The notes beneath the pieces were generated by a model. The model saw nothing but the letters and a program-made list of their open reading frames with translations, made no database searches and was not told where the DNA came from. This document shows, piece by piece, positions 18,306 to 27,978 of a stretch of DNA of 34,161 nt (position 1 is the stretch's first letter; the number at the start of each line of letters is the position of its first letter). The stretch is from the IMG/VR virus record IMGVR_UViG_2534681675_000021; one strand, given 5' to 3'. This DNA is from a virus (taxonomy: Duplodnaviria > Heunggongvirae > Uroviricota > Caudoviricetes). Both the position numbers and the translations under genes were made by a program.

Positions 18306-18735
18306 TGCCGTCACGGTGCTGAAAACCAGCCCCGAGATGCTGCGGATATTCGTGGATAACGGGAGTATTGCCTCCACACTGGCGACGTCTCTGTCATTCG
18401 AAAAGCGTTACACGCTCAATGTGATTGTGACCGACTTTACCGGTGATTTTGACCTGCTCATTGTGCCGGTGCTGGCGTGGCTGCGGGAGAATCAGCCCGA
18501 CATCATGACCACCGACGCAGGCCAGAAAAAGGGCTTCACGTTTTATGCAGACATCAACAATGACAGCAGCTTTGATATCAGCATCAGCCTGATGCTGACC
18601 GAGCGCACGCTGGTCAGTGAGGTGGACGGCGCGCTGCATGTGAAGAATATCCCGGAACCTCCGCCGCCGGAGCCGGTCAACCGTCCGATGGAGCTGTATA
18701 TCAATGGCGAACTGGTGAGCAAGTGGGATGAATGA
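18268..18735 (+). CDS. R: Tail completion protein R, 155 aa
   Basis: 155 aa; position and length as P2 R. Confidence 0.85.
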   Translation: MLKPDSLRRALTDAVTVLKTSPEMLRIFVDNGSIASTLATSLSFEKRYTLNVIVTDFTGDFDLLIVPVLAWLRENQPDIMTTDAGQKKGFTFYADINNDSSFDISISLMLTERTLVSEVDGALHVKNIPEPPPPEPVNRPMELYINGELVSKWDE

Positions 18736-19186
18736 GTTTAAGCGTTTTGAAGACCGGCTGGCTGGACTGATTGAATCGCTGTCACCGTCAGGGCGTCGGC
18801 GACTGGCGGTAGATATTGCGAAGAAGCTGCGCCAGCGCCAGCAGCAGCGAATTAAATTACAAAAAGCCCCGGATGGTACGCCGTATGTACCGAGAAAAAA
18901 CCAACCAGTACGAAATAAGAAAGGCCGGATAAAGCGGGAAATGTTTGTGAAATTACGCACTAACCGGTTTATGAAAGCAACAGGTAGCGAGAGTGCGGCG
19001 GTGGTGGCGTTTGCCAGCGGAGTACAACGAATTGCGCGAGTACATCAATTAGGGCTTAGGGATAAGCCGGGGCGTAATAGTGCTGTGGTGGAATATCCTG
19101 TTCGTGAGTTATTTGGTTTTGACAAGGAATCTATACAATTGATAGAAAGGGAGTTATTAGTGATTCTATCGAAAGATGTTATATGA
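18728..19186 (+). CDS. S: Tail completion protein S
   Basis: About 150 aa; position as P2 S. Confidence 0.85.
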   Translation: MNEFKRFEDRLAGLIESLSPSGRRRLAVDIAKKLRQRQQQRIKLQKAPDGTPYVPRKNQPVRNKKGRIKREMFVKLRTNRFMKATGSESAAVVAFASGVQRIARVHQLGLRDKPGRNSAVVEYPVRELFGFDKESIQLIERELLVILSKDVI

Positions 19187-19938
19187 GACGGGTGTTTGTG
19201 GATAAAAAGTTTTCCATTTTGAGAAAAAGAGTAAAGCATTCTCAAAAGAAAGTTATGGATTGTATTATTGCTGACCATAATGCTGATATATGTGTGTTAT
19301 GCGGGAGTTCTGACGATATTACTCGTGAGCACATTATTCCTCAGTGGGCCTTTGAGTCAAATGCTGAAAAATCTTTAATTAATAAAAAGAATAATCAGTC
19401 AACTCATTACATTAAAGCCACTGTACCAGCATGCAGAGTGTGCAATTCTGATTTGCTGGGAGTGTTTGAGTATAACCTGAAGAAATTTCTTACGGAAAAG
19501 AGAGGGGAGGAGTTAACAGATTATGAGTATGATTGCATCATATGGTGGTTGCAATACATGGGTTTTAAGTTGCAATTAATGGATTTGCGGAACCGCTTTC
19601 TCAGGTATAAAGGTGGTGATTATATCCCGTTTCTTGCAAACTTCCCGGTTGCAATGTTTTGGGGGAATGTCGATACGACGCCGGGGGATGTCTTCAGGAT
19701 TATACGAAAATCGCGACGCAATCTGATGTCGAAATGGAAGGATAAAAAACATAATTCTTTGATGGTTTTTGAAACATCAAACAAGAGTTTTCATTTCTTT
19801 CATAAGGTTGATGAATTTATTTTTATTGAAATTCCTCAGGTTAAGAAGGCGTTTTTCTTCTTTTTTAATAAAGAATTTGACAGCCATGATTTAGCTCATG
19901 AGGAGTGTATGAAGATTATAGAGAAGTGCTACAACTAA
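19183..19938 (+). CDS. Cargo protein with N-terminal HNH-nuclease-like motif plus about 160-aa C-terminal domain of unknown function
   Basis: ATG overlaps the S stop (ATGA). Motif CVLCGSSDDITREHIIPQW...ACRVCNS (C-x2-C, HxxP, C-x2-C-N) is HNH-like. AT-rich. Inserted between S and V where P2 carries the moron orf30. Confidence 0.6.
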   Translation: MRRVFVDKKFSILRKRVKHSQKKVMDCIIADHNADICVLCGSSDDITREHIIPQWAFESNAEKSLINKKNNQSTHYIKATVPACRVCNSDLLGVFEYNLKKFLTEKRGEELTDYEYDCIIWWLQYMGFKLQLMDLRNRFLRYKGGDYIPFLANFPVAMFWGNVDTTPGDVFRIIRKSRRNLMSKWKDKKHNSLMVFETSNKSFHFFHKVDEFIFIEIPQVKKAFFFFFNKEFDSHDLAHEECMKIIEKCYN

Positions 19939-20015
19939 TATTTGTTATGTTGTGTCACAGCTGACAGAACCCTCCATGATTGCTGCTGGTATCGTCCAGC
20001 GGCATCCTTCCCGTT

Positions 20016-20651
20016 ATGAACACTCTCGCAAATATTCAGGAACTCGCGCGCGCACTGCGCAATATGATTCGCACCGGCGTTATCGTCGAAACCGACCTTA
20101 ACGCCGGTCGCTGCCGTGTGCAGACCGGCGGCATGTGCACCGACTGGCTTCAGTGGTTGACCCATCGTGCCGGGCGTTCGCGTACATGGTGGGCACCTTC
20201 CGTGGGGGAACAGGTGCTGATTCTGGCCGTGGGCGGTGAACTTGACACGGCGTTTGTTCTGCCGGGGATTTATTCCGGTGATAACCCCGCGCCGTCTGCG
20301 TCGGCGGATGCCCTGCATATCCGTTTCCCTGACGGGGCGGTGATTGAGTATGAACCCGAAACCAGTGCACTCATGGTAAGCGGAATTAAAACGGCCAGCG
20401 TGACGGCTTCTGATTCTGTTACTGCCACGGTGCCGGTGGTCATGGTGAAAGCATCAACCCGCATCACCATGGACGCACCGGAGGTGGTCTGCACCAACAG
20501 GCTGATTACCGACACGCTGGAAGTGCAGAAGGGCGGGACGATGCGCGGCAACATTGAACACACCGGCGGTGAACTCTCATCAAACGGTAAGGTACTGCAT
20601 ACCCATAAACACCCCGGCGACAGCGGCGGCACAACCGGGAGTCCTCTATGA
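20016..20651 (+). CDS. V: Baseplate spike/assembly protein V, 211 aa
   Basis: 211 aa from MNTLANIQEL; position and length as P2 V. Confidence 0.9.
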   Translation: MNTLANIQELARALRNMIRTGVIVETDLNAGRCRVQTGGMCTDWLQWLTHRAGRSRTWWAPSVGEQVLILAVGGELDTAFVLPGIYSGDNPAPSASADALHIRFPDGAVIEYEPETSALMVSGIKTASVTASDSVTATVPVVMVKASTRITMDAPEVVCTNRLITDTLEVQKGGTMRGNIEHTGGELSSNGKVLHTHKHPGDSGGTTGSPL

Positions 20652-20995
20652 CAGCGCGTTATCTCGGAATGAATCGCAGTGATGGCCTGACTGTCACTGA
20701 CCTTGAGCATATCAGCCAGAGTATCGGCGATATCCTGCGCACACCGGTCGGCTCACGGGTGATGCGTCGTGATTACGGCTCGTTGCTGGAGTCAATGATT
20801 GACCAGCCGCAGACCCCGGCGCTTGAGTTGCAGATTAAGGTCGCCTGTTACATGGCCGTGCTGAAATGGGAACCCCGCGTCACCCTGTCATCCGTCACCA
20901 CGGCGCGCAGTTTTGACGGGCGAATGACGGTCACGTTAACCGGCCAGCACAACGACACCGGCCAGCCACTTTCGTTAACCATCCCTGTGAGTTGA
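20648..20995 (+). CDS. W: Baseplate protein W, 115 aa
   Basis: 115 aa; position as P2 W. Confidence 0.9.
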   Translation: MTARYLGMNRSDGLTVTDLEHISQSIGDILRTPVGSRVMRRDYGSLLESMIDQPQTPALELQIKVACYMAVLKWEPRVTLSSVTTARSFDGRMTVTLTGQHNDTGQPLSLTIPVS

Positions 20996-20999
20996 AACC

Positions 21000-21908
21000 A
21001 TGCCGATTATCGACCTGAACCAGCTACCCGCACCGGATGTGGTCGAGGAGCTGGACTTTGAAACCATTCTTGCCGAACGCAAGGCGACACTGATTTCCCT
21101 TTACCCGGAAGACCAGCAGGAGGCGGTCGCCCGTACCCTGACGCTGGAATCTGAGCCTCTCGTCAAACTGCTGGAGGAAAATGCTTATCGTGAGCTTATC
21201 TGGCGTCAGCGTGTGAATGAGGCTGCACGGGCGGTGATGCTGGCCTGTGCCGCCGGTAATGACCTTGATGTAATTGGTGCCAATTACAACACCACACGCC
21301 TGATTATCACCCCGGCAGATGATTCGACCCTCCCGCCGACACCGGCCGTGATGGAATCTGACACCGATTATCGTCTGCGTATTCAGCAGGCGTTTGAAGG
21401 TTTAAGCGTCGCCGGGTCGGTGGGGGCCTATCAGTATCATGGTCGAAGTGCCGACGGGCGTGTCGCAGATATCTCTGTCACCAGTCCTTCTCCGGCCTGC
21501 GTCACCATCTCTGTGCTGTCACGTGAAAATAACGGTGTGGCATCCGAAGACCTGCTGGCGGTGGTGCGCAACGCCCTTAATGGTGAGGACGTCAGACCGG
21601 TGGCCGACCGTGTGACCGTGCAGTCTGCCGTCATCGTTGAATACCAGATAAATGCCACGCTTTACCTTTACCCTGGCCCCGAAAGCGAACCCATTCGCGC
21701 TGCCGCCGTGAAAAAACTGGAAGCGTATATCACGGCACAGCACCGGCTGGGGCGCGACATCCGACTGTCTGCCATTTATGCCGCTTTGCATGTGGAAGGC
21801 GTGCAGCGTGTCGAACTGGCTGCACCGCTGGCCGACATCGTGCTCAACAATACGCAGGCGTCTTTCTGTACCGAATACAGCGTCGTGACCGGAGGCTCGG
21901 ATGAGTGA
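21000..21908 (+). CDS. J: Baseplate protein J, 302 aa
   Basis: 302 aa; position as P2 J. Confidence 0.9.
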   Translation: MPIIDLNQLPAPDVVEELDFETILAERKATLISLYPEDQQEAVARTLTLESEPLVKLLEENAYRELIWRQRVNEAARAVMLACAAGNDLDVIGANYNTTRLIITPADDSTLPPTPAVMESDTDYRLRIQQAFEGLSVAGSVGAYQYHGRSADGRVADISVTSPSPACVTISVLSRENNGVASEDLLAVVRNALNGEDVRPVADRVTVQSAVIVEYQINATLYLYPGPESEPIRAAAVKKLEAYITAQHRLGRDIRLSAIYAALHVEGVQRVELAAPLADIVLNNTQASFCTEYSVVTGGSDE

Positions 21909-22512
21909 TTCGCGACTGCTGCCGACCGGCTCATCACCGCTTGAAGTCGCTGCCGCAAAAGCCTGTGCGGAAATTGAAAAAACGCCGGTCAGTATTCGTG
22001 AGCTGTGGAACCCGGACACCTGCCCGGCAAATCTGCTGCCGTGGCTGGCGTGGTCATTTTCGGTTGACCGCTGGGATGATAAGTGGCCGGAAGCGACAAA
22101 ACGCGCTGTTATCCGCGATGCGTATTTCATTCACTGCCATAAGGGCACTATAGGCGCAATCCGGCGTGTGGTGGAGCCGCTCGGCTATCTGATTGAGGTG
22201 AGGGAGTGGTGGCAGCTCAACGAGGAGCCGGGGACGTTCCGCATCGTTGTTGGCGTGCTTGAGCAGGGTATTACCGAGGAAATGTATCAGGAGCTGGAGC
22301 GCCTCGTTGCTGATGCAAAACCGGCAAGCCGCCATCTGACGGGACTGGCTATCAGTTTAAGTACAACCGGCAACATTTTTGCCGGTGCGGGATGCTATCA
22401 CGGTGACGCCCTGACGGTTTATCCCTACACCCCGGAGGCCATTATTGTCGGAGGGGATTATTTCCCGGCCTCGGCCATTCATTTAATTGATAACCTGAGA
22501 GTAAACGCATGA
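21901..22512 (+). CDS. I: Baseplate protein I
   Basis: Position between J and H; start may lie at an internal ATG. Confidence 0.8.
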   Translation: MSDSRLLPTGSSPLEVAAAKACAEIEKTPVSIRELWNPDTCPANLLPWLAWSFSVDRWDDKWPEATKRAVIRDAYFIHCHKGTIGAIRRVVEPLGYLIEVREWWQLNEEPGTFRIVVGVLEQGITEEMYQELERLVADAKPASRHLTGLAISLSTTGNIFAGAGCYHGDALTVYPYTPEAIIVGGDYFPASAIHLIDNLRVNA

Positions 22513-23816
22513 CAGTGAAATACTACGCCATTCTGACTAATCAGGGCGCAGCACGGCTGGCTAACGCGACGATGCTCGGCAGTAAGCTGAATCTGACGCA
22601 AATGGCCGTTGGTGATGCGAATGGTGTCTTGCCGACACCAGACCCGGCACAGACAAAACTGATTAACCAGAAACGCATCGCGCCGCTGAATCTTCTGAGT
22701 GTTGACCCGAACAACCAGAGCCAGATTATTGCGGAGCAAATCATCCCTGAGAACGAGGGCGGATTCTGGATCCGTGAGATTGGGCTTTATGATGATGAAG
22801 GCGTACTCATTGCGGTGGCGAACTGCCCGGAAACGTACAAACCGCAGTTGCAGGAAGGCAGTGGTCGTACCCAGACTATCCGCATGATTCTGGTTGTCAC
22901 GAATACCGAAGCTATTACGCTGAAAATCGACCCGTCGGTGGTACTGGCGACCCGTAAATACGTGGATGATGAAGTCCTGGAATTAAGGCTGTATGTGGAT
23001 GACCAGATGAGAAACCACATTGCCGCACAGGATCCTCATACCCAGTATGCACAGAAACATAATCCGACATTTACCGGAGAACCAAAAGCGCCGACGCCTG
23101 CCGCAGGGAATAACACCACGCGGATTGCGACCACTGAGTTTGTTCAGGCCGCTATTACCGCTCTGATTAACGGTGCGCCAGCCACGCTGGACACACTGAA
23201 AGAAATTGCCGCAGCCATTAACAATGACCCGAAATTCAGTACCACCATTAACAATGCGCTGTCAGGTAAGCAGCCACTGGATGAGACGCTGACTCATTTG
23301 AGTGGAAAGGATGTTGCCGGTCTTCTCGCATACCTTGGTTTGGGAGAAGGCTCTGCATTACCTGTTGGTGTGCCTGTTCCATGGCCTTCAGCCACACCGC
23401 CAACAGGCTGGCTGAAATGCAACGGTGCGGCTTTTTCTGCTGAAGAATACCCGGAACTGGCAAAGGCTTATCCGACAAATAAATTGCCTGATTTACGTGG
23501 TGAGTTTATTCGTGGCTGGGATGACGGGCGCGGTATTGATGCAGGACGTGTTTTATTGAGCATTCAGACAGGGATGCTGGAAAAACACCGCCATATTGTT
23601 GTTGCCAATGATGGTTACGACACAAAAGATGAATGGGAACTGGCTACGATTTTCAAAAAGACATACACACAAGGACGGGGACTTGATGCCGCAAATACAG
23701 GAGGGAGTCTGATCCCATCACCGACACTTCATTCACGAGGGAGTATCGGTAATACTGGCGGGAGTGAAACCCGTCCACGAAATATTGCATTTAACTATAT
23801 CGTGAGGGCTGCATAA
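22509..23816 (+). CDS. H: Tail fibre protein H (constant N-terminal part plus currently expressed variable C-terminal part), 435 aa
   Basis: Position as P2 H; the C-terminal third lies inside the invertible segment, downstream of the crossover site at 23323-23348. Confidence 0.85.
   Translation: MTVKYYAILTNQGAARLANATMLGSKLNLTQMAVGDANGVLPTPDPAQTKLINQKRIAPLNLLSVDPNNQSQIIAEQIIPENEGGFWIREIGLYDDEGVLIAVANCPETYKPQLQEGSGRTQTIRMILVVTNTEAITLKIDPSVVLATRKYVDDEVLELRLYVDDQMRNHIAAQDPHTQYAQKHNPTFTGEPKAPTPAAGNNTTRIATTEFVQAAITALINGAPATLDTLKEIAAAINNDPKFSTTINNALSGKQPLDETLTHLSGKDVAGLLAYLGLGEGSALPVGVPVPWPSATPPTGWLKCNGAAFSAEEYPELAKAYPTNKLPDLRGEFIRGWDDGRGIDAGRVLLSIQTGMLEKHRHIVVANDGYDTKDEWELATIFKKTYTQGRGLDAANTGGSLIPSPTLHSRGSIGNTGGSETRPRNIAFNYIVRAA
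23323..23348. other. Left recombination (crossover) site of the tail-fibre invertible segment, inside H
   Basis: 26-bp sequence TTCTCGCATACCTTGGTTTGGGAGAA is 21/26 identical, in inverted orientation, to 25191-25216, including a shared GGTTTGGGAGAA half-site that encodes G-L-G-E in both fibre reading frames. Confidence 0.6.
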
Positions 23817-24418
23817 TGGATAACGCCGTATTAAATAGCGAGCTTATTGCCACGAAGGCGGGGAATATTACCGTCTATAACTATGATGGTAAAACTCGGG
23901 AATATATTTCTACTTCAAATGAATATCTTGCCATTGGTGTCGGTATCCCTGCATATTCCTGTCTGGATGAACCTGGTATACATAAGGCGGGTTATGCTAT
24001 CTGCCGTTCGATGGATTTAAACTCATGGGAATATGTGCCAGACCATCGCGGTGAAATCGTCTATAACACCGAAACGGGAGACGCCAAAGAAATCACAGCT
24101 CCGGGTGATTATCCTGAAAATACAACCACTATCGCCCCGTTAACGCCATTCGATAAATGGGATGGTAAGAAATGGGTGACCGATACTGAGGCACAGCATA
24201 GCGCCGCAGTAGACGCGGCAGAAGCACAGCGTCAGTCACTGATTGATACTGCAATGGCTTCCATCAGTCTGATTCAACTGAAATTGCAGGCCGGGCGGAA
24301 GCTGACGCAGGCAGAAACCACCCGACTTAACGCTGTGCTGGATTACATTGACGCGGTGACGGCAACAGATACGAGCACCGCGCCGGATGTCATCTGGCCT
24401 GAACTGCCGGAGGCGTAG
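23816..24418 (+). CDS. G: Tail fibre assembly chaperone G, 200 aa
   Basis: ATG overlaps the H stop; position as P2 G. Confidence 0.8.
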   Translation: MDNAVLNSELIATKAGNITVYNYDGKTREYISTSNEYLAIGVGIPAYSCLDEPGIHKAGYAICRSMDLNSWEYVPDHRGEIVYNTETGDAKEITAPGDYPENTTTIAPLTPFDKWDGKKWVTDTEAQHSAAVDAAEAQRQSLIDTAMASISLIQLKLQAGRKLTQAETTRLNAVLDYIDAVTATDTSTAPDVIWPELPEA

Positions 24419-24830
24419 GCCATTCAATATCTGGCGCACCGGAAGTATCGACCAGTTCCAGTGCGTCCAGGTAATCCAGCCACAAATTATATTGCGCCAG
24501 TTCGTCACCTTTCAGACGACCAATAGCCGCTTTACCAGGCCATTGTTTACTGTTCATATAATCGTTGGCCTGATTAATCAATTGCTGCTTCTCCAGTTCG
24601 GCTGCAGCAATTTGTTCCTCATGTGTTGGTGGTGGAATTTCGGACCATGCAGGAAAACCATTTTCTCCAGCGATACGGATTTTTCCTTTCGGCGGTAATC
24701 CGGAAAACTCAATATACACTTGCTCATCAACTTCAACAGCATCATCTGGCCATGAGTCAGCTTGAGTGTAATCCTCTTTCATCTCCAGCGGATAGAAAGA
24801 GTTTGTAGTCGCGGAATATATGTAATTCAT
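24390..24830 (-). CDS. Alternative tail fibre assembly chaperone (G'), 146 aa, inverted orientation
   Basis: Convergent with G and overlapping its 3' end; C-terminus (...WLDYLDALELVDTSGAPDIEWPTPPA) parallels the G C-terminus (...VLDYIDAVTATDTSTAPDVIWPELPEA). Confidence 0.7.
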   Translation of the reverse strand: MNYIYSATTNSFYPLEMKEDYTQADSWPDDAVEVDEQVYIEFSGLPPKGKIRIAGENGFPAWSEIPPPTHEEQIAAAELEKQQLINQANDYMNSKQWPGKAAIGRLKGDELAQYNLWLDYLDALELVDTSGAPDIEWPTPPAVQAR

Positions 24831-24851
24831 TTTTCACTCCATATAGCTAAA

Positions 24852-25244
24852 TTAACAGCCTAACGCTAAAAATGAAGCGCCGAGGCCAGGAGTACTGGCT
24901 CTGGATATAAATTTAACCGGGTCGGGACTAAAACCTGCACAGGCAATATAACCAACAGCCCCGCTATCTGGTGTATAGTCTTGTGAGACCAAAACACGCA
25001 GACATCTGTTTGGAAATGCAATTGGGAAATGGGTTACTACATCCTGTGCAATGCCTGGAGCGCCGATTGAGCCCCACTGAAGAATAAAACCTGATGGTAA
25101 TTTTTGATATCCAGTACCTGAAACAGAAAGCGTGAAGCTACCCATATCAGGTATCTGATTCGCCCCTGTCCCTACATTCCTTTTAGCCGCTTCTCCCAAA
25201 CCAACGTTTATGAAAATGCAGAGATAACGGGCAACTGGCATCAT
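24852..25244 (-). CDS. Alternative tail fibre variable C-terminal segment (Hv'), silent in this orientation
   Basis: Minus-strand ORF directly upstream of G'. It contains the shared G-L-G-E junction encoded at the right crossover site; it would fuse to the constant part of H after inversion. The annotated Met is probably not a real start. Confidence 0.6.
   Translation of the reverse strand: MMPVARYLCIFINVGLGEAAKRNVGTGANQIPDMGSFTLSVSGTGYQKLPSGFILQWGSIGAPGIAQDVVTHFPIAFPNRCLRVLVSQDYTPDSGAVGYIACAGFSPDPVKFISRASTPGLGASFLALGC
25191..25216. other. Right recombination (crossover) site of the invertible segment
   Basis: TTCTCCCAAACCAACGTTTATGAAAA, an imperfect palindrome resembling hix/gix-type sites and an inverted repeat of 23323-23348; lies just upstream of the invertase gene. 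Confidence 0.6.
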
Positions 25245-25265
25245 CTCCGGTTTTTATTCAGGGGG

Positions 25266-25865
25266 ATGCTCATGCTTATTGGCTATGTACGCGTGTCAAC
25301 AAATGACCAGAACACGGAATTGCAGCGTAACGCGCTGGAGTGCGCAGGATGCGAGCGGATTTTTGAGGATAAAATCAGCGGCACGAAGTCCGACCGACCG
25401 GGACTGAAAAAACTGCTCAGAACATTATCAGCAGGTGACACTCTGGTAGTCTGGAAGCTGGACCGGCTGGGGCGTAGTATGCGGCATCTGGTCATTCTGG
25501 TTGAGGAGCTGCGCGAACGCGGCGTTAATTTTCGCAGCCTGACAGATGCTATTGATACCAGCACGCCGATGGGGCGTTTTTTCTTTCATGTGATGGGTGC
25601 CCTGGCTGAAATGGAGCGAGAACTCATTGTCGAGCGGACACGCGCTGGACTGGAAGCGGCCAGAGCCAAAGGGCGTATTGGTGGCAGACGTCCGAAGCTC
25701 ACCGCGAGTGAGTGGGAGCAGGCCGGGCGGTTGCTGGCTGCGGGGGAATCTCGTCAACGTGTGGCGCTGATTTTTGATATTGGCCTGTCCACGCTCTATA
25801 AAAAATTCCCCTCATCAGCGACAAAGAATAAATTGTGTCATCCCTTAGCCAACCGGGACAAATAG
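25266..25865 (+). CDS. Serine DNA invertase of the Hin/Gin/Cin/Pin family, 199 aa
   Basis: N-terminal MLIGYVRVSTNDQNTELQRNAL (catalytic Ser in YVRVST) and overall strong resemblance to e14 Pin as I recall it; C-terminal helix-turn-helix; adjacent to the invertible fibre segment. Confidence 0.9.
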   Translation: MLMLIGYVRVSTNDQNTELQRNALECAGCERIFEDKISGTKSDRPGLKKLLRTLSAGDTLVVWKLDRLGRSMRHLVILVEELRERGVNFRSLTDAIDTSTPMGRFFFHVMGALAEMERELIVERTRAGLEAARAKGRIGGRRPKLTASEWEQAGRLLAAGESRQRVALIFDIGLSTLYKKFPSSATKNKLCHPLANRDK

Positions 25866-25924
25866 CCTGACATCTCCGGCACAACTGAAAATACCACTCA
25901 CCCATTAACCACGGAGTTAAACGG

Positions 25925-27115
25925 ATGAGTGACTATCATCACGGCGTGCAGGTGCTGGAGATTAACGACGGCACCCGCGTCATTTCCACCGTATCCACTG
26001 CCATTGTCGGCATGGTCTGCACGGCCAGCGATGCGGATGCGGAAACCTTCCCCCTCAATAAACCTGTGCTGATTACCAATGTGCAGAGCGCAATTGCAAA
26101 GGCCGGTAAAAAAGGCACGCTGGCAGCATCGTTGCAGGCCATCGCTGACCAGTCAAAACCGGTCACCGTTGTCGTGCGTGTGGAAGACGGCACCGGCGAC
26201 GACGAAGAAACGAAACTCGCGCAGACCGTTTCCAATATCATCGGCACCACCGACGAAAACGGTCAGTACACCGGACTGAAAGCCCTGCTGGCGGCGGAGT
26301 CGGTTACCGGTGTTAAACCGCGTATTCTTGGTGTGCCGGGACTGGACACCAAAGAGGTGGCGGTTGCACTGGCATCCGTCTGTCAGAAGCTGCGCGCTTT
26401 CGGGTATATCAGCGCATGGGGCTGTAAAACCATTTCCGAGGTGAAAGCCTACCGCCAGAATTTCAGCCAGCGTGAGCTGATGGTCATCTGGCCGGATTTC
26501 CTCGCATGGGATACGGTCACCAGTACCACCGCCACCGCGTATGCCACCGCCCGTGCGCTGGGTCTGCGTGCCAAAATCGACCAGGAGCAGGGCTGGCATA
26601 AAACGCTGTCCAACGTCGGGGTGAACGGTGTTACCGGCATCAGCGCATCTGTATTCTGGGATTTGCAGGAGTCCGGCACCGATGCTGACCTGCTTAACGA
26701 GTCAGGCGTCACAACGCTGATTCGCCGTGACGGTTTCCGCTTCTGGGGTAACCGTACCTGCTCTGATGACCCGCTGTTCCTCTTTGAAAACTACACCCGC
26801 ACCGCGCAGGTGCTGGCCGACACGATGGCTGAGGCGCATATGTGGGCGGTGGACAAGCCTATCACCGCAACGCTGATTCGCGACATCGTTGACGGCATCA
26901 ATGCCAAATTCCGTGAGCTGAAAACAAACGGCTATATCGTGGATGCGACCTGCTGGTTCAGCGAAGAATCCAACGATGCGGAAACCCTTAAGGCCGGAAA
27001 ACTGTATATCGACTACGACTATACCCCGGTGCCTCCTCTTGAAAACCTGACCCTGCGCCAGCGTATTACCGATAAATACCTGGCAAATCTGGTCACCTCG
27101 GTTAACAGCAATTAA
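25925..27115 (+). CDS. FI: Tail sheath protein FI, 396 aa
   Basis: 396 aa; position and length as P2 FI. Confidence 0.95.
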   Translation: MSDYHHGVQVLEINDGTRVISTVSTAIVGMVCTASDADAETFPLNKPVLITNVQSAIAKAGKKGTLAASLQAIADQSKPVTVVVRVEDGTGDDEETKLAQTVSNIIGTTDENGQYTGLKALLAAESVTGVKPRILGVPGLDTKEVAVALASVCQKLRAFGYISAWGCKTISEVKAYRQNFSQRELMVIWPDFLAWDTVTSTTATAYATARALGLRAKIDQEQGWHKTLSNVGVNGVTGISASVFWDLQESGTDADLLNESGVTTLIRRDGFRFWGNRTCSDDPLFLFENYTRTAQVLADTMAEAHMWAVDKPITATLIRDIVDGINAKFRELKTNGYIVDATCWFSEESNDAETLKAGKLYIDYDYTPVPPLENLTLRQRITDKYLANLVTSVNSN

Positions 27116-27127
27116 GGAGCCTGACCG

Positions 27128-27646
27128 ATGGCAATGCCGCGCAAACTCAAGTTAATGAACGTCTTTCTGAACGGCTACAGCTATCAGGGCGTTGCAAAGT
27201 CCGTCACGCTGCCAAAACTGACCCGTAAGCTCGAAAACTATCGCGGTGCGGGGATGAACGGCAGCGCACCGGTAGACCTCGGCCTTGATGACGATGCGCT
27301 GTCAATGGAGTGGTCGCTCGGGGGCTTCCCGGATTCGGTTATCTGGGAGCTTTACGCCGCAACCGGCGTGGATGCCGTGCCGATTCGTTTTGCAGGCTCT
27401 TACCAGCGCGACGATACCGGCGAAACGGTGGCCGTCGAAGTGGTCATGCGTGGACGTCAGAAAGAAATCGACACCGGCGAGGGCAAACAGGGAGAAGACA
27501 CCGAGTCGAAAATCTCCGTGGTCTGCACCTATTTCCGGCTGACGATGGACGGTAAGGAGCTGGTCGAAATTGACACCATCAACATGATTGAAAAGGTGAA
27601 CGGCGTCGACCGGCTGGAGCAACACCGCCGCAATATCGGCCTGTGA
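27128..27646 (+). CDS. FII: Tail tube protein FII, 172 aa
   Basis: 172 aa; position and length as P2 FII. Confidence 0.95.
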   Translation: MAMPRKLKLMNVFLNGYSYQGVAKSVTLPKLTRKLENYRGAGMNGSAPVDLGLDDDALSMEWSLGGFPDSVIWELYAATGVDAVPIRFAGSYQRDDTGETVAVEVVMRGRQKEIDTGEGKQGEDTESKISVVCTYFRLTMDGKELVEIDTINMIEKVNGVDRLEQHRRNIGL

Positions 27647-27702
27647 TTTTCATCCGGTCAGCCTGGCTGGCCGGTTAACCCTGATTCAGAAGTGAGAAAA
27701 CC

Positions 27703-27978
27703 ATGAACAAAGAAAATGTCATTACCCTGGACAATCCGGTCAAACGTGGTGAGCAGGTTATCGAACAGGTCACGCTGATGAAACCCAATGCCGGGACGCT
27801 ACGCGGTGTCAGTCTGGCTGCGGTTGCAAACTCCGAAGTCGATGCACTGATTAAGGTGCTGCCGCGCATGACGGCACCGATGCTGACAGAGCAGGAAGTC
27901 GCCGCGCTGGAACTGCCTGACCTTGTGGCGCTGGCCGGTAAGGTGGTCGGTTTTTTGTCGCCGAACTCGGTGCAGTGA
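27703..27978 (+). CDS. E: Tail assembly chaperone E, 91 aa
   Basis: 91 aa; ends just after a TTTTTTG slippery heptamer. Confidence 0.85.
   Translation: MNKENVITLDNPVKRGEQVIEQVTLMKPNAGTLRGVSLAAVANSEVDALIKVLPRMTAPMLTEQEVAALELPDLVALAGKVVGFLSPNSVQ

Noticed and set aside
24236-24698. ORFs 24236-24508 (minus) and 24387-24698 (plus) within the G / G' overlap
   Set aside because: Alternative frames of the two convergent tail fibre chaperone genes; no independent support.
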